DNA of 58,885 nt, the filler included, from Dirinaria sp. TL-2023a (Eukaryota): NCBI GenBank assembly GCA_051941275.1. It is 2 parts of 2 records of this genome, joined end to end, with 100 filler letters (N's around TTAATTAATTAA, not from the genome) between each part and the next. Parts side by side here need not be neighbours in the genome. Positions count along the whole stretch, not along the records: positions 1 to 29,437 come from JAVEBF010000115.1; 1 more part is not named here. One strand, given 5' to 3'. A program made the position numbers and the translations under genes. Below are positions 1 through 11,999 of this stretch, piece by piece. The notes beneath the pieces were generated by a model. The model was not told where the DNA came from and did not search any database. It worked only from the letters and a program-made list of their open reading frames with translations. Each line of letters starts with the position of its first letter. The stretch's first letter is position 1.

Positions 1-985
1 CATTAGTTCAATTTTACTTCTAGTGTGGTTCTTGGTTCGTGACCTCTAGCGGTAGATTTCTCTTCAATCTGATGTTTCGTCAAAGCACGACTTTCACCTT
101 TGCTTAATTTATCCTGGATTCTTTCCAAGTTGGACGGATGGAATGTGTGATCATGCTGTCGGGGGTAGAAGTACAGATATGAGGGCCGAGGGGGAGGGGA
201 GTTTGGGAATGCGGAAGGGCGTCTTGTTCAGAGATCTTAGTCAACGTGAGCTTGCGTGAGTAGGTTGGGTGGGTAAATGGATGATGGTAAATGCGATGGC
301 TTGGCTGGCGATTATACCAGTAATTCGAAGGAAATGGTGGTCTCCGTGAGTATATAAGGAACACACCTTATTTTTCTTTTTCCTTTTTAAATGACGTGGA
401 GATACGAAACATGAGTGTTACTCTTTATGAGAAACAATGGAATTGGGCTTGTGATGGAGCTAAATAGATATCATATACCAGAGGGGAATTGGGGAGATTA
501 TTTGTTGTACATGTAGGATCGCCTTTCCGGCCAGTTCATTTGCTAGGTATTCGGTACATAGTGATAATTGTATAGACCATCTGGAAGTTTCACTACAGAT
601 GCGTTTAAAATCACGTCCACCTTTCCAGAGAACATTCTTTGCAATTGCTATACTAACAAATATCCTACCGTAGATTAGGCTGCAGATATGGAGGGCCTTC
701 GGGCTGCGGTGCACTCGCTCATTGGCGGTCATGGTGATGCAAAGGTTGTTTCTTCAGGTTTGCTGTATCAGGGGCTCTTGCTTTGGGTCCAAATAACAGT
801 TATATCTCGAAGAATCGAAGAACAAACGCTTGATGCGCCGTTTGAGTCATGCAGGCGTGTTTCCAGGCCGAGTAACTCGAAAATCTGCGTTTTGGAATCC
901 CCGCAATTCGCAAACTTTAGTGCCAAGTAAAAGAGCGATAACACCCAGTCTTGAAGTGTTTCCCACCATTACTCGAAAAGATTAG

Positions 986-2436
986 CTACCAATCCGATTG
1001 TGAAGTAAGTGGTTCTGATTTCTTGCCTCGAGCGGCCGCTCTATGCTTCTTACTTCGTATATGAACGTTCCAAGCGTCTTCGGTCATTAAGGTCTTATTG
1101 CAGGTGTCGCAATACCTCGAGCAAAAGGCTTGCTCTTTGCCTTGTTGAAGCAAATCAATAGTCGTGATAGCCCATTCCCTCGGCTTAGGAAGATTCGAGC
1201 CTTGGAGAAACGCAGTTGTTGTCTCGTCTGCAATACCTTGTACCTTCTCGTGCCATTTTGATAGATCAGTAGCATCCAGCATGAAGAAATTTGCGTGCAT
1301 GTTGTACTGCGTAAGGGCCGGCAGTAATTTGCCTCTAATCCACTTCACTTGGCTTTTGGCATACTGTCGTGTTCGGATGTATGTTCTTTGGATGCACTCG
1401 AGCTTCAAATGCTCTAGCTCTTGAGCGGAGGTATCCCCCGCTTTAACAGCCAAAAGATAAGGCAGAAACTCTTTGTAGCCGATTGCAACCCATACACCTC
1501 GGCTTTGGTCAAAGACTGCAGGTGGAGGTACGCGATCATCTCGAAACTTATACATCAACTCCACCTCCGAGAGTAAGCCTTCTTCCAGCATTGTGTTCAC
1601 GCGGCTCTCAAGCCGCGGCCTCAGATTTTCCGGCGAGGCATAAGTGCAGAAGATTAGTGGGTCGTGATCTGAAGCAACATCCGCTCTTTCTATCGTTTTG
1701 TGACGATCCTCACCAGTAAACCCTTGGTTGGACATGCCAACGGCACCTTCTCTATTTGTAGCCTCTTGTCTTCGCTGCCACTGCGCTTGGTATGCCTCTG
1801 AAGCTTTCTGACCAGTGGATAGATATATCTCGAGGCTGCGGCGAATCTTTCGCGTGTCTTTAGGGTGCCATCGCGCTGCCATAACCGGATCGACCTTTCT
1901 CAGTTCTTCCAGCATTTCTTCAGTGCTTGCGCCAAGCACAGGCCATCTGTTTTCCTGCTCTTCAGCGGTCAAATACTCGGGACCGCTTTCAACCAACGCA
2001 TCCTTGAACAGTAAAGACTGTACGTAATAGTGCGTCCCCCCTACCAGTATCGGCAACTTTCCTCGTACCCGTATCTCCTCGATAACCTGCGTTGCCCGAG
2101 CCTTGAATCTTGTGACTGCCCACGGCTCTTGATCTAGCTTAATAAATCCAAGCAGATGATGTGGTATGGAATGCCTTTCTGTGACGGGAATCTTGTTCGT
2201 GGCGATGGGAAGGCCCTCATACATTTGCAGTGCATCACAATTGATGATTTCGCCATGGAAGCGCCGCGCCAGCGCTACAGCAAGCTGCATGCAATTTAGC
2301 CCTCGGCATCACTCTCAACGAGGGCACAAATACCGACCTGTGATTTCCCTGTGCCCGTAACGCCCACAATCGCAATCAGTGGACGTTGCGGGCTTCGCGG
2401 GGCCGAAGACATCCGCCTTAGCGATACTCTTAACAT
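986..2436 (-). CDS. MOD5: tRNA dimethylallyltransferase (i6A37), 2 exons (intron 2285-2337)
   Basis: P-loop GVTGTGKS, then INCDALQMYEGLPIATNK, PHHL, VGGTHYY, RKIRRSLEI, AIGYKEF, TRQYAKSQ; C-terminal zinc finger CDTC...H...KKH. Intron GTCGGT...GCTAAAT...GCAG. Confidence 0.95.
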
Positions 2437-3549
2437 GCATCGCAGCGTTTGCAATTGCGCAGTGACCAGAACTCTGATCAAGATTCAGAACAGAGCTTGC
2501 GGGTTCAATTGCCTTCTCATCATATGAATGGGAATCCAACAAACAGTAATATAAGGTACCTAGTCATTGAGACGCCAAGGACGCCATACAATAATGGCCG
2601 ACGGCCCGAGGAAGGTAGTGTTTTCAAAACTCTTGTCGTATCTTGGCATTTCTGCCTCTCGATTGCTCTCCAATGGTATCCTAGTCCTACAATCAAAATC
2701 TCTCCAGCACGAGTAGAAGCCTTGAATTTTGCATATGGCGCAATCATCATTGAGCTAAAGTGCCTTCAGAGAATAGTCGAGATAACTTCCATTGTCCCAA
2801 ACCCACGCTGTACGGATGCACCATTTTTTCAGCGTTCAAATGCTGATCTGCTCATTCTTTTTCTTTTTTTTTTGTTTCTCAGATTGACCAGACCCCGGTC
2901 GTGTACCAAAACCGCAAGTGTTGTTAGCATAGTGATAGCCCTATCGTTAGTAGCCCTACCATAAGGCTGACTTCAATATCCTATGAAAGATGATGCCAAG
3001 ACGTGAGAAGAGTCTTTGAAAATGCCAAAGCCCGAAGCACCCCTGTAGATACCAGACTATAAGACTATGTATCTACGAGTACTCTAAGGCAAGGATATTA
3101 TTACTATCGAATCCACCAGAAGTCCTAGTACAACTTTGGATCTACCAGTCTCCCCCATTGTCAGAAGGACTGCTCACTCGCTTTTTGTTTCGCATGCACC
3201 TATAAAGCTTACTCGGGTTATAGAAGGGAAGTACCATGGTAATGCACACCGCGATACTAATCACATTTGACACCACGGGATAGCAAAAGACTCATCGCTA
3301 GGCCCACGTCTGTTGAGAAAGGTTTTATGAAGCAGCTTTCTACGTAGATCCATTTCACATTGAATAACTTCGTAACGGACCTTTGCGCTTTGGATTTGTT
3401 GTTGGTACGCTGCCACATAGCACTCGCTCATCGAATAGCGTGCCTCTTCCGATTCCCTGTCTCTTTGGATCTACCAAGCTTAACAGCTCGGGATTCTGAA
3501 AGGATTTCTTTCGCCAAGGCTCTTCCCTTCGATCACTTGTCGCCGATCA

Positions 3550-4502
3550 ATGGCGGGGATCGAAAATGCGGCCAAGGAGATGTCTCCGTCCATTGAAGTC
3601 AATGGTCTCTCGTTTGCCTTCCCAGACGGAACGCCTGGTCTGAAAGATGTTGTCCTTGATCTTCCTCCGGGAAGCCGGACTTTGCTGATCGGCGGTATGT
3701 GTGCATCGACAAGCTGCCAAGCGCTCAGTAACACTGATGCGTGACAGCCAACGGTGCGGGCAAGACTACGCTTTTACGGCTTCTTTCGGGCAAACGTCTT
3801 GCGCCGACGGATACCGTCAGCATCGCCGGAGTCGATCCCTTCAAGGAAGGACTAGAAGGCGTTACCTACCTCGGTCTCGAGTGGGTATTGAACCCAGTCG
3901 TCCGAACAGACATTGACGTCCCTACTTTGCTGGCTTCGGTAGGTGGTAATCACTACCCTGAGCGGCGAACAGAGTTGGTCGAAATTTTGGATATCGATCT
4001 CGCGTGGCGCATGCACGCCGTGAGTGATGGGGAAAGAAGAAGAGTGCAGCTGGCTATGGGTCTGCTAAGGCCGTGGAGGATATTGCTACTTGACGAAATC
4101 ACGGTTGATTTGGACGTCCTTAGTCGAAGTAATTTCCTCGGTTTCCTAAAAAGGGAAACTGAAAGCAGGCCCTGCACGATTGTCTATGCGACACACATCT
4201 TGTCCAATCTCACTTCTTGGCCGAGTCACCTGGTAATCATCAACACCGGTTTGATCTTGAAGTAGGTGCTAAGCGATTTGTAGGTACACATGCACTTAGG
4301 ACGCGTCAAAGAATGGGGTTCCGTGGACGGGTTTGAGATAGACTCCATGCAAAGTAGCGGCGTACAGCTCGAGGACTTGGTGCTGCGGTGGCTCAAGGAT
4401 GACTTGAAAGAACGAGGACCAAGGAACGGGAGACCAGGTCAGGGTAAAACCTACGAGAGCCTTGAAGGAAAGGGAGGCTATGGGCACGAAAAGAGATCGT
4501 AG
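3550..4502 (+). CDS. CAF16: Soluble ABC ATPase, CAF16-like (CCR4-associated factor 16), 3 exons
   Basis: Walker [10 protein letters not shown] spans the first intron; signature variant [10 protein letters not shown]; Walker [17 protein letters not shown]; no transmembrane segments. Confidence 0.88.
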
Positions 4503-4635
4503 AAATATTTTCCCGAACCATTGTTATACTTCAACAGTAAAACATATCTATACATTAGTTACCCTTGAATCTGGCTTCGCTCAGACCTGAGTATGCATGA
4601 ATGTAGACAATCAGACTCCGAGTTTGGGCAGATGC

Positions 4636-7166
4636 TTATCCTAGAGATATAGAAAAGAGCCGCAAGGAGCCATCCTCGCTAGCTATGGCCAGCTGTATGG
4701 CTTCATCGTCGACGAAGTTGGACTCTAAGGCCGCTTGCGGGGGCCTCCACGCAAGTGCCGTGACAGATTTGGACGGACTTAATCTATGGACGTCAACTTA
4801 TCAGAATTAATCAGGATCGTGTGATATCGCATACTCATTATCAAACTTAAAAGTCTTCTGAAGCGCCAAATGAGGGATTCCGAAGGTATGTATAGCGACC
4901 TCGCCAGACTCCATTCCAAGCGCAAGCAAGAGTGCGCCATCGAGCAGCCGTGGGTAGAAATCTATAGCAGTCACAGGCGTGGTAAGTTGAAGATTAGTTG
5001 TAAAATTAGAGGAATGACCTTTCGAAAATGAAAGTAAATTCCACAGCTTCACGGCCTTATCCCTCCCAGCAGTGGCGAATATTGATCCCACCTCGAGCGG
5101 CGCCCAGCTAGCACTCAGGATCATCCTGGAATGACCCCTGGTGTTCTGTGTCCGTAGTCGGTACAAATGTTCTTCACCATCATCTTTTTCAAAAATCGCC
5201 CATTGGCGATCTCGGCCAACGCTCATTAAATATCTGTCGTCTCGCGAAAACCGTAGACAAGTCACGGTAAGCGAGTGAGCTGTGAGTACAGGTTTGATCT
5301 CATGCCAGTCTTTGGTATCGTACAAACGAACTACAGCGTGTTCGAGCGAGCTTGCCTTGCAAGCTGTCGCTACTATGGTGCCCTCGCTATTCGCTGCGAC
5401 AGCAGATATTTCATACCCATGACCATAGAGCTTTTCCCGTTCAGGCCAAAGTGTATGCCTAGCCAAATCGTCCTCAAGGGGTGGAACTTCGAGCGCCAGC
5501 GTCTTTGCCGATATGGCAGGTGTTGCACCTGAGTCATCACGCTGATGGAGACCACGATCACCAAGCAAACTACTGTCTTCCAATCTTTCGACGGTCTTGT
5601 TAGATAGTCCAAGGACTGGTATATCGGCGACTTCAGGCATACCCAGGTCGGATGGCTGGGGTATACCACACGACTTTTGGAGCACTTCAGCGATTCTCTT
5701 AGGTTCGTCGAAGACACGCAAGGCCTTTTCATCAGCACCGGAAATGAACTGGGATCTTCCAACTGAGTCGATGCAGTTCAAGTCATATCCATGTATCTGA
5801 GGCCTTGCGAATTCATGCCAAAAAGAAGACCCTTGCCTACGCCATGGGGCGTGCAATCGGGTCGTTTGGTCCAACCCCGTTGACAGCAGGTAGCCGCCAC
5901 CTCTTGCCCAAGCTATACCAGTGATCGAACAGATATGACCGCTGATACCCGAGATTGGCGTCCAGTGATCCGAAACACTGTCGTAGTGCCACAGCCTCCA
6001 GCTGCCTGTTTTCCCTAGGCTAACAACACTATCACCATCGGGCGACCATAGGCCGATCCAGAAACCACCGCTACTGCCAGTTGCGGTCGTAGACCCTTTC
6101 TGAGAGCTGATCTCACCCAATCTCGTGCTGCAGACCCAGATGCCAGAGTCTTCCTCAACTTGCCATATCGCAAGAGAGTTGTCGGCTGACGCAGAAAGCA
6201 GCTGGAGGCATCCTTCTTTTCTGCGCCATTGGACAGTATATATCCAATCCTCGTGGCCCAGTAACAAGGCTTCGAGTGTCAAAGCATATGTGCCATGTGA
6301 TGTCTGCAGACGGTGAGATTTGTTCGACAGTGAAGTCAGCAGAGAGGATTTCATGCGCAGAGAGTTATCAGTTAATGATTCAACCCTATACAACCGCCAA
6401 AGCCGGATGTACTTGTCTTGACTAGCAGAAGCGAGTAGGATATCGCTATCTGGTTGGTCCTTCTCTTTCGTGATGGCCAGACCTCGGACCCAGCTGTGAT
6501 GTCCCGCTAATGTAGCTTGAAGCTGGAATCTGGCTCCATACCCAGCGGTGTAAACTTGTACGATGCCATTGGTGCCCGCCGCAGTAAGAATCGAATCACC
6601 ACCAATTCCAAAGTCGCTAGATGCGAGTGCAAGTGGAAGAAGTTGTGGACCAACCTGAATGTTTTGAACTAGGATAGCTCCAAATCCTTCTTGCAGGAGA
6701 TTTAAGCGCCAAACTTTGAGCGTGCCATCTGCGGAGCCTGACACAACCAGCTCTTGCTGGGGAATAGCACACAGGCAATTGACTGAACTAGCGTGACCTT
6801 CTAGACTTGAAACTTCTTGAAAGACTTTGCTTAGGCCGCGTTGGTTTTTCCATATTCGAATGGTCTTATCCGCAGATCCACTGACAATGATCAGATGTTC
6901 ACATTCATGGATGGAAAAGAATCTAACAGCATTGACCGTATCCGTATGACCCTTCAGTAAAGTGTGAACGCAATGCCTCTCTTCATTCTGTCTACACAAT
7001 AAGCAATGCCGATGACACGAGCAGGATTGAGGAATACCAGCGGATCCCAAAGGGCAATATTCCTGTCCGAACCGTATGCGAGCAATCCGCTAAGGACGTC
7101 CCAATCGGCCGCTGCAGGGTGCCTATTTGCACCTGCAGCGAGATAGAGCGGGCTTAAAGCAAACAT
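4636..7166 (-). CDS. ELP2: Elongator complex subunit 2 (WD40), 3 exons
   Basis: N-terminal AGANRHPAAADW; motifs LLGHEDW, LLSASADNS, GFWIGLW, WHEFARPQIHGYD, TLWPEREKLYGHGYE. Last exon ends ASEDGSLRLFSISLG* at 4636. Confidence 0.95.
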
Positions 7167-7255
7167 ATAGGCCCTGCGAATCTTCGGAAAGAATAGTAAG
7201 ACAGTCCATCATGTTCGGGTTGACTTGTTTCAACATTTGTTCTTCACTGAACCGT

Positions 7256-7273
7256 TTCAGGGTTAGGGTTAGG
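7256..7273. promoter_or_regulatory. Telomere-like TTAGGG motif in the ELP2/URM1 bidirectional promoter
   Basis: ttcagggttagggttagg lies in the 264-bp gap between the two divergent ATGs. Function is inferred only. Confidence 0.35.
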
Positions 7274-7430
7274 TGATTGGCTACCAAAAGAAGCGGCCCG
7301 GGCGCCTACGCGCTTCATGTATGAACCTCACGACACTGGCTGGCAAGATATCGGAAACTTACTCAGAGAAGATGATACCTAGTTTCGCCTGTGGTTTATT
7401 GTTACATATTCGCGTAGAACGAGCAGAAAT

Positions 7431-7858
7431 ATGATAACCGCAACATCTAATAAGATATCTTTGACCGTCGAATTCTTGTAGGATCTTGAATACGTGTGGG
7501 GAAAAATGATTGTGCTGACAGCCGGCAGTGGTGGACTTGATGCGCTGTTTGCTAACCAACGGAAAATCAATCTATCTTTGCCGGCTTATGACGAGAACGG
7601 ACATGCAACTAACATGAACTTTCTAATTCGCCATTTGTACGAACAACATCTGACCGATCCTCGCAAAGAATTCTTCGTCCTTGACGACACAGTGTTAGTA
7701 CATCCCATATCAGGTCAATTCCAGCGCTAACGCGCTTAAGTCGACCAGGTATACTGGTGCTTATCAACGAAGCTGATTGGGAGCTCGAGGGTGAGGGCAA
7801 GTACGAACTCAAAGAAAATGACAACGTTCTATTCGTTTCTACGCTCCATGGTGGATAA
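7431..7858 (+). CDS. URM1: Ubiquitin-related modifier 1 (sulfur carrier for tRNA U34 thiolation), 3 exons
   Basis: Spliced product [22 protein letters not shown]...[18 protein letters not shown]...FVSTLHGG*. The C-terminal LHGG is diagnostic. Confidence 0.95.
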
Positions 7859-7979
7859 TGGTCTCTCGTGTTGGACCGTATTCATCCCTCGTCATTCTAG
7901 GACCCTAAAGAAGCAGAAGCAGAAGCAAGCGAAGATCCAATAGACACGCACGACAGTGTCACCAGCTGTCATATCACAT

Positions 7980-10212
7980 CTAGTCCCGAAGCGCCCTTTC
8001 CACTAGTAGTAAAGAGCCGTCACCAGGTTCTTGGGGAGTCTGACCGCCATCACGTGGCGAGGCCCTTGGGGAGCCGGCTTTCAAACTCGGCGTTCCTAGA
8101 CTCATCGCTTGACGTTCACATATTTAGCACTCTCCTTATTTAGATTACAGAGAGACCACTACTTACGAGTAACAGCACCGCTAGTCGGCAGACTTGGAGG
8201 TACTGGTATCTTTATGTCTTCTGGAGATGATGGAATCGTATCTTCGGGAAGATCTGGTATTGGTATTGAGGTTGCTTCATTGTTATAGCTTGCCGGGATG
8301 ACCTCGATGATTTCATTCCGAGGGAACGAGAGGCCAGGAATGTCGGTGGCGTTACAAGCCATGAGGTAACCGTAGAGCACCTTAAGCACGCTTTCATGCG
8401 CAATGATCAACAGGTCGTTTTGTTCCCGCTCAAGCTCGAGAATGATCGGTTCCAATCGTACCGCAAGGTCATGATATGACTTGTAAGAATTTCAGCCTCG
8501 CTTACGAGCGCAAAGTAGAGCGAAACTGACCTCTGCCCTAGGGTAGCGGTGATGGTAAGGATCTGCCTCGTGTTTGGCAACCTCATCAGGATACTCCAAT
8601 CTGATCCGTTTTTCGGACATCTTTTCACAGACGCCTGGATTGAGCTGGCTCATCTGTGATCGTTGTCGCACCCTATAGCCAGCTTCGTAAAGATATTGCG
8701 ATGTTTCAACCGTTCTGCGCCGGGTCGAAGTCCAGACGGTCAAGAGCTTTAGCGGTACATCGGGTCCTCCACGGTCTATCAGAGCCTGCCGTTCTCTTTC
8801 TCTGTGGTGTAATAAAGCTTCGCTCATCTTTTTTGCATATTCTACACCTTGCTCCGAGAGGGACGCATCAGCTTTGTACGAATCCTCGTCTTTAGAACCA
8901 CCCGCCTAATCCGGTGTCAGAATGCACGTCTAGGGAACAACTGTCAGAGCTTACGCGTGCGAAGTACGTGTGTCGGGTCTTTATGTGTAAATTAAGGAGG
9001 TAGAATACAATGCGGTGGGACAAGTAGCCGAAGCTGCAATTATTGACGGTGACTCGTTGACCTGCGTTTATCATCTACTGAATTCAGTAACTCCTAACAT
9101 CAAAAGATGGCTTCCAGTTGAGTCGGTTCCTACCTTGATATAATTGAGCTCAGTCTCTTCCATCGTCTCGAAGTGCGGTATCTTTGCACTCATTCTTGCC
9201 AAATAATGCTTGACGGCGTCTTCAGCGGCCCACCCGATGTACTTGACCGGAATCAGATATGTGCAAAGCTAAGCTGGAACGTGTCACGTCTTACATCAGG
9301 AGAAGATATTTTGACGCTTCGAACGTTCTCCTCGATTATACGTTCATCGTCGCAAGCTGATTCGATGAAAAGGGTCTTGCAGGAGAAAGCCGTCAGCTGT
9401 GTTCCATGGTATTGCGGTACCGGTCACCTCTATATCGTGCTTCGCAAATTCCTTTGCGAGCGATCGCCTTCCTGTAGCCATAGGGTTTACAGCGTCGTAG
9501 ATCGCTATTTGCCCATTTTCATGGTTTAAAAAGTGGTATATATCTTCTCTACATTTCTTGAGAATCTTCTGTCGGAATAACACTGAACTTGCGGACGCTA
9601 TGCAGACTTGTTTTCAGCCATGATACTGCGCCAGGTAGCCCCCACGACGCACCATTGACGAAGAAATAGTCTTCAGGAATTTCTTGACCAGGGCCAAGGT
9701 TTTCCCTTCTGTAATCGCCCAGATGGAAGACCCGAGTCTTGACGCCAAGCCTTCCTGTTCATCAGTCACAGGAGGATATGGGCCAAAGCGCTTGGAATAC
9801 TGAGCCAACGTACCAACGTAGGTAGCGTGCAAGCGCAACCGATATATGTCTGTCTTGCGATTTCTTGCAATCAGCCTCTGACGACCTGGAAGCCCATTCA
9901 TGCGTACGTCTTTCCTCTTGCCGGTAGGCCAACTGTCACGATGGCTATCCGACCAGCGTGGAAAAGCCGCCCGGATTCAGTACTGTAGAGTTGGGCAGGG
10001 GCTAGTGCCCCCGTTGCAGGGAGCTCATGGATCGCATCGACAAATGTGCTAGACTTGCGCCTAAAGCGCGGAGTTTTCGCAGCGACTTCAGCAGTCCTAT
10101 ATGGATCGCTTCGATTAGCATGGGTTGAGGATATAAGTCATTGTATTACTATCACACAGTCGCTGAATTGATATATCAAGGTCAAGGTCAAGTCTTACAG
10201 GAGGGTGTCCAT
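7980..10212 (-). CDS. 6-phosphofructo-2-kinase/fructose-2,6-bisphosphatase family protein (YLR345W-like), multi-exon
   Basis: LYSTESGRLFHAG, kinase P-loop VGLPARGKT, FHLGDYRR, IAIYDAVN, PYHHRYPRAE, IIAHESVL. First exon MDTL at 10212. Confidence 0.9.
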
Positions 10213-10792
10213 GAGTCCAGAGCTTGATCTAGGTAGGCTTAGAACAAGTACAGGCCTTGTAGTCCAAGATTGAACCTCCTCGAATATCAATCCACGAAGA
10301 ACCGCATACTTTCATACTAAAGGCACCTGTACTCCCATTGTCATGACAACTGACATCGTGACTTACCTTAGTGATATTGGGCTCGGCCACCTTATCGATA
10401 AAGAGTTTGTCCGGCAAAGCCGAAGGATTACTCCGCAAGGTACTTTATCGTCGGCTAAACTTGAGGTAGTGAGGTATGTAGACTGGCAGCTAAGGTACCT
10501 TACCTTCTCTAGGTAAGGTAAGTTACGCTCCCGGCTCGTACACAACGTAATGTACTCTTAACTTCTAGCTCGTCTAGCTGAGCTGCTCCTAAAAATTAGA
10601 GACCCTGATCTATGTCGAAGTGAACATTGTACCTTACTCATTACACCTCCAAACCTTCTTCAGCTCCACTACCAGATAGACACCTCTAGGAGTACGACTG
10701 CGGTCTCATTCCCTATCGCTCCTGTCATTTGTGGGTGTCGAATACTTGACCCAGGCGCAGCGCAGGCGACCGCGCCCAGCGCAATCCGAAGT

Positions 10793-11999
10793 ATGGCGGA
10801 TGAGAAGGTGCACGCTACAGGACTTCTCAAGCTCATCTCAGAAAATCCTCTTTTCTCCACCCTTCGAGAGACATACTCCTCATTCACAGCGCGTCGCGAT
10901 GCACTGGGTCTTTCAAATCCTGGTACGGTCGAGAACATCGACCGAGAGGTTAAGAAGAATGTCTTCCTAACGAATTACATGTTCAGCGGCCTGCGAGCCG
11001 ACTTGACAAAGCCATTTTCAATGACACCGATCTTCCAAGTCGCACATGCCTTCTCTATGGGATCACAGGGCCTTCCTCCTTATAATCTCACTGCAATGTA
11101 TGGGACGAACAAGGTTGGTGGCTGAAGAATTGTGCATGCAGGCTATCATACTTACCAAAGACAGGTCTTTATGCAAGGCAATATTGATAATGAGGGCTCA
11201 CTGTCCGCCCGGACCAATTATAAATGGAACAGTTTTCTTGTCACCAAAACCGATACGCAGATTCAGCCAGGAGGTCCAGCAATGGTTCAGGTTGACAATG
11301 AGATAACCGGAAAAGACTTCTCGGCAGGCATAAAGTCGGTCAATCCATCCATCCTCGAAGGCGGCCTGAGCGGCGTTTTTGTCGGCAGCTATCTCCAGTC
11401 CCTAACGCCGAGCTTGGCCCTGGGGCTTGAGGCTGTGTGGTCACGACTAGCGTTAAACGCCCCCCCAGAGGCTGCTGTATCGTATGTTGCCAAATATCGA
11501 AGACCGGACTGGATAGCCAGCGCGCAGGTACAGCCGCAAGGTGCTTTCAGTACGTCGTACTGGCGGAAGGTGACCGACCGGGTAGAAGCAGGTGTGGATC
11601 TCAGTCTCCAGATCGCGCCTGCGACAGGTGGTAGAGGCGGTCTTATAGGTGGTGGAGTGCGGAAAGAGGGCACCACTACCTTAGGTGCGAAGTATGACTT
11701 TAGAACTTCGACCTTCCGGGCCCAAGTTGATAGCACCGGAAAGCTGAGCTGCCTCTTGGAAAAGAGAGTCCTACAGCCTGTGCAACTCACATTTGCGGGA
11801 GAGATGGATCATTTCAAGGTATGTGATTTGTGGACCGCCGACACCCTCAACCATATTCGAATCTCCAACTAATTGCACCTTCTGATAGCAACAAGCAAAG
11901 ATCGGTCTGGCTGTATCCATCGACGCCGCCAGCGAAGAACTAGTGCAACAGCAAGAACAAGCTGGAGGTAACGTGGCACAACCGGCGGTACCATTCTGA
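10793..11999 (+). CDS. TOM40: Mitochondrial outer membrane import channel Tom40, 3 exons
   Basis: LGLSNPGTVENIDREV, FSGLRAD, GAKYDFRTSTFRAQVDS. Last exon QQAKIGLAVSI...PF* ends at 11999. Confidence 0.95.

Noticed and set aside
2449..2964. 171-aa ORF between MOD5 and CAF16
   Set aside because: Non-ATG start, no motifs, runs through a poly(T) tract in a divergent promoter.
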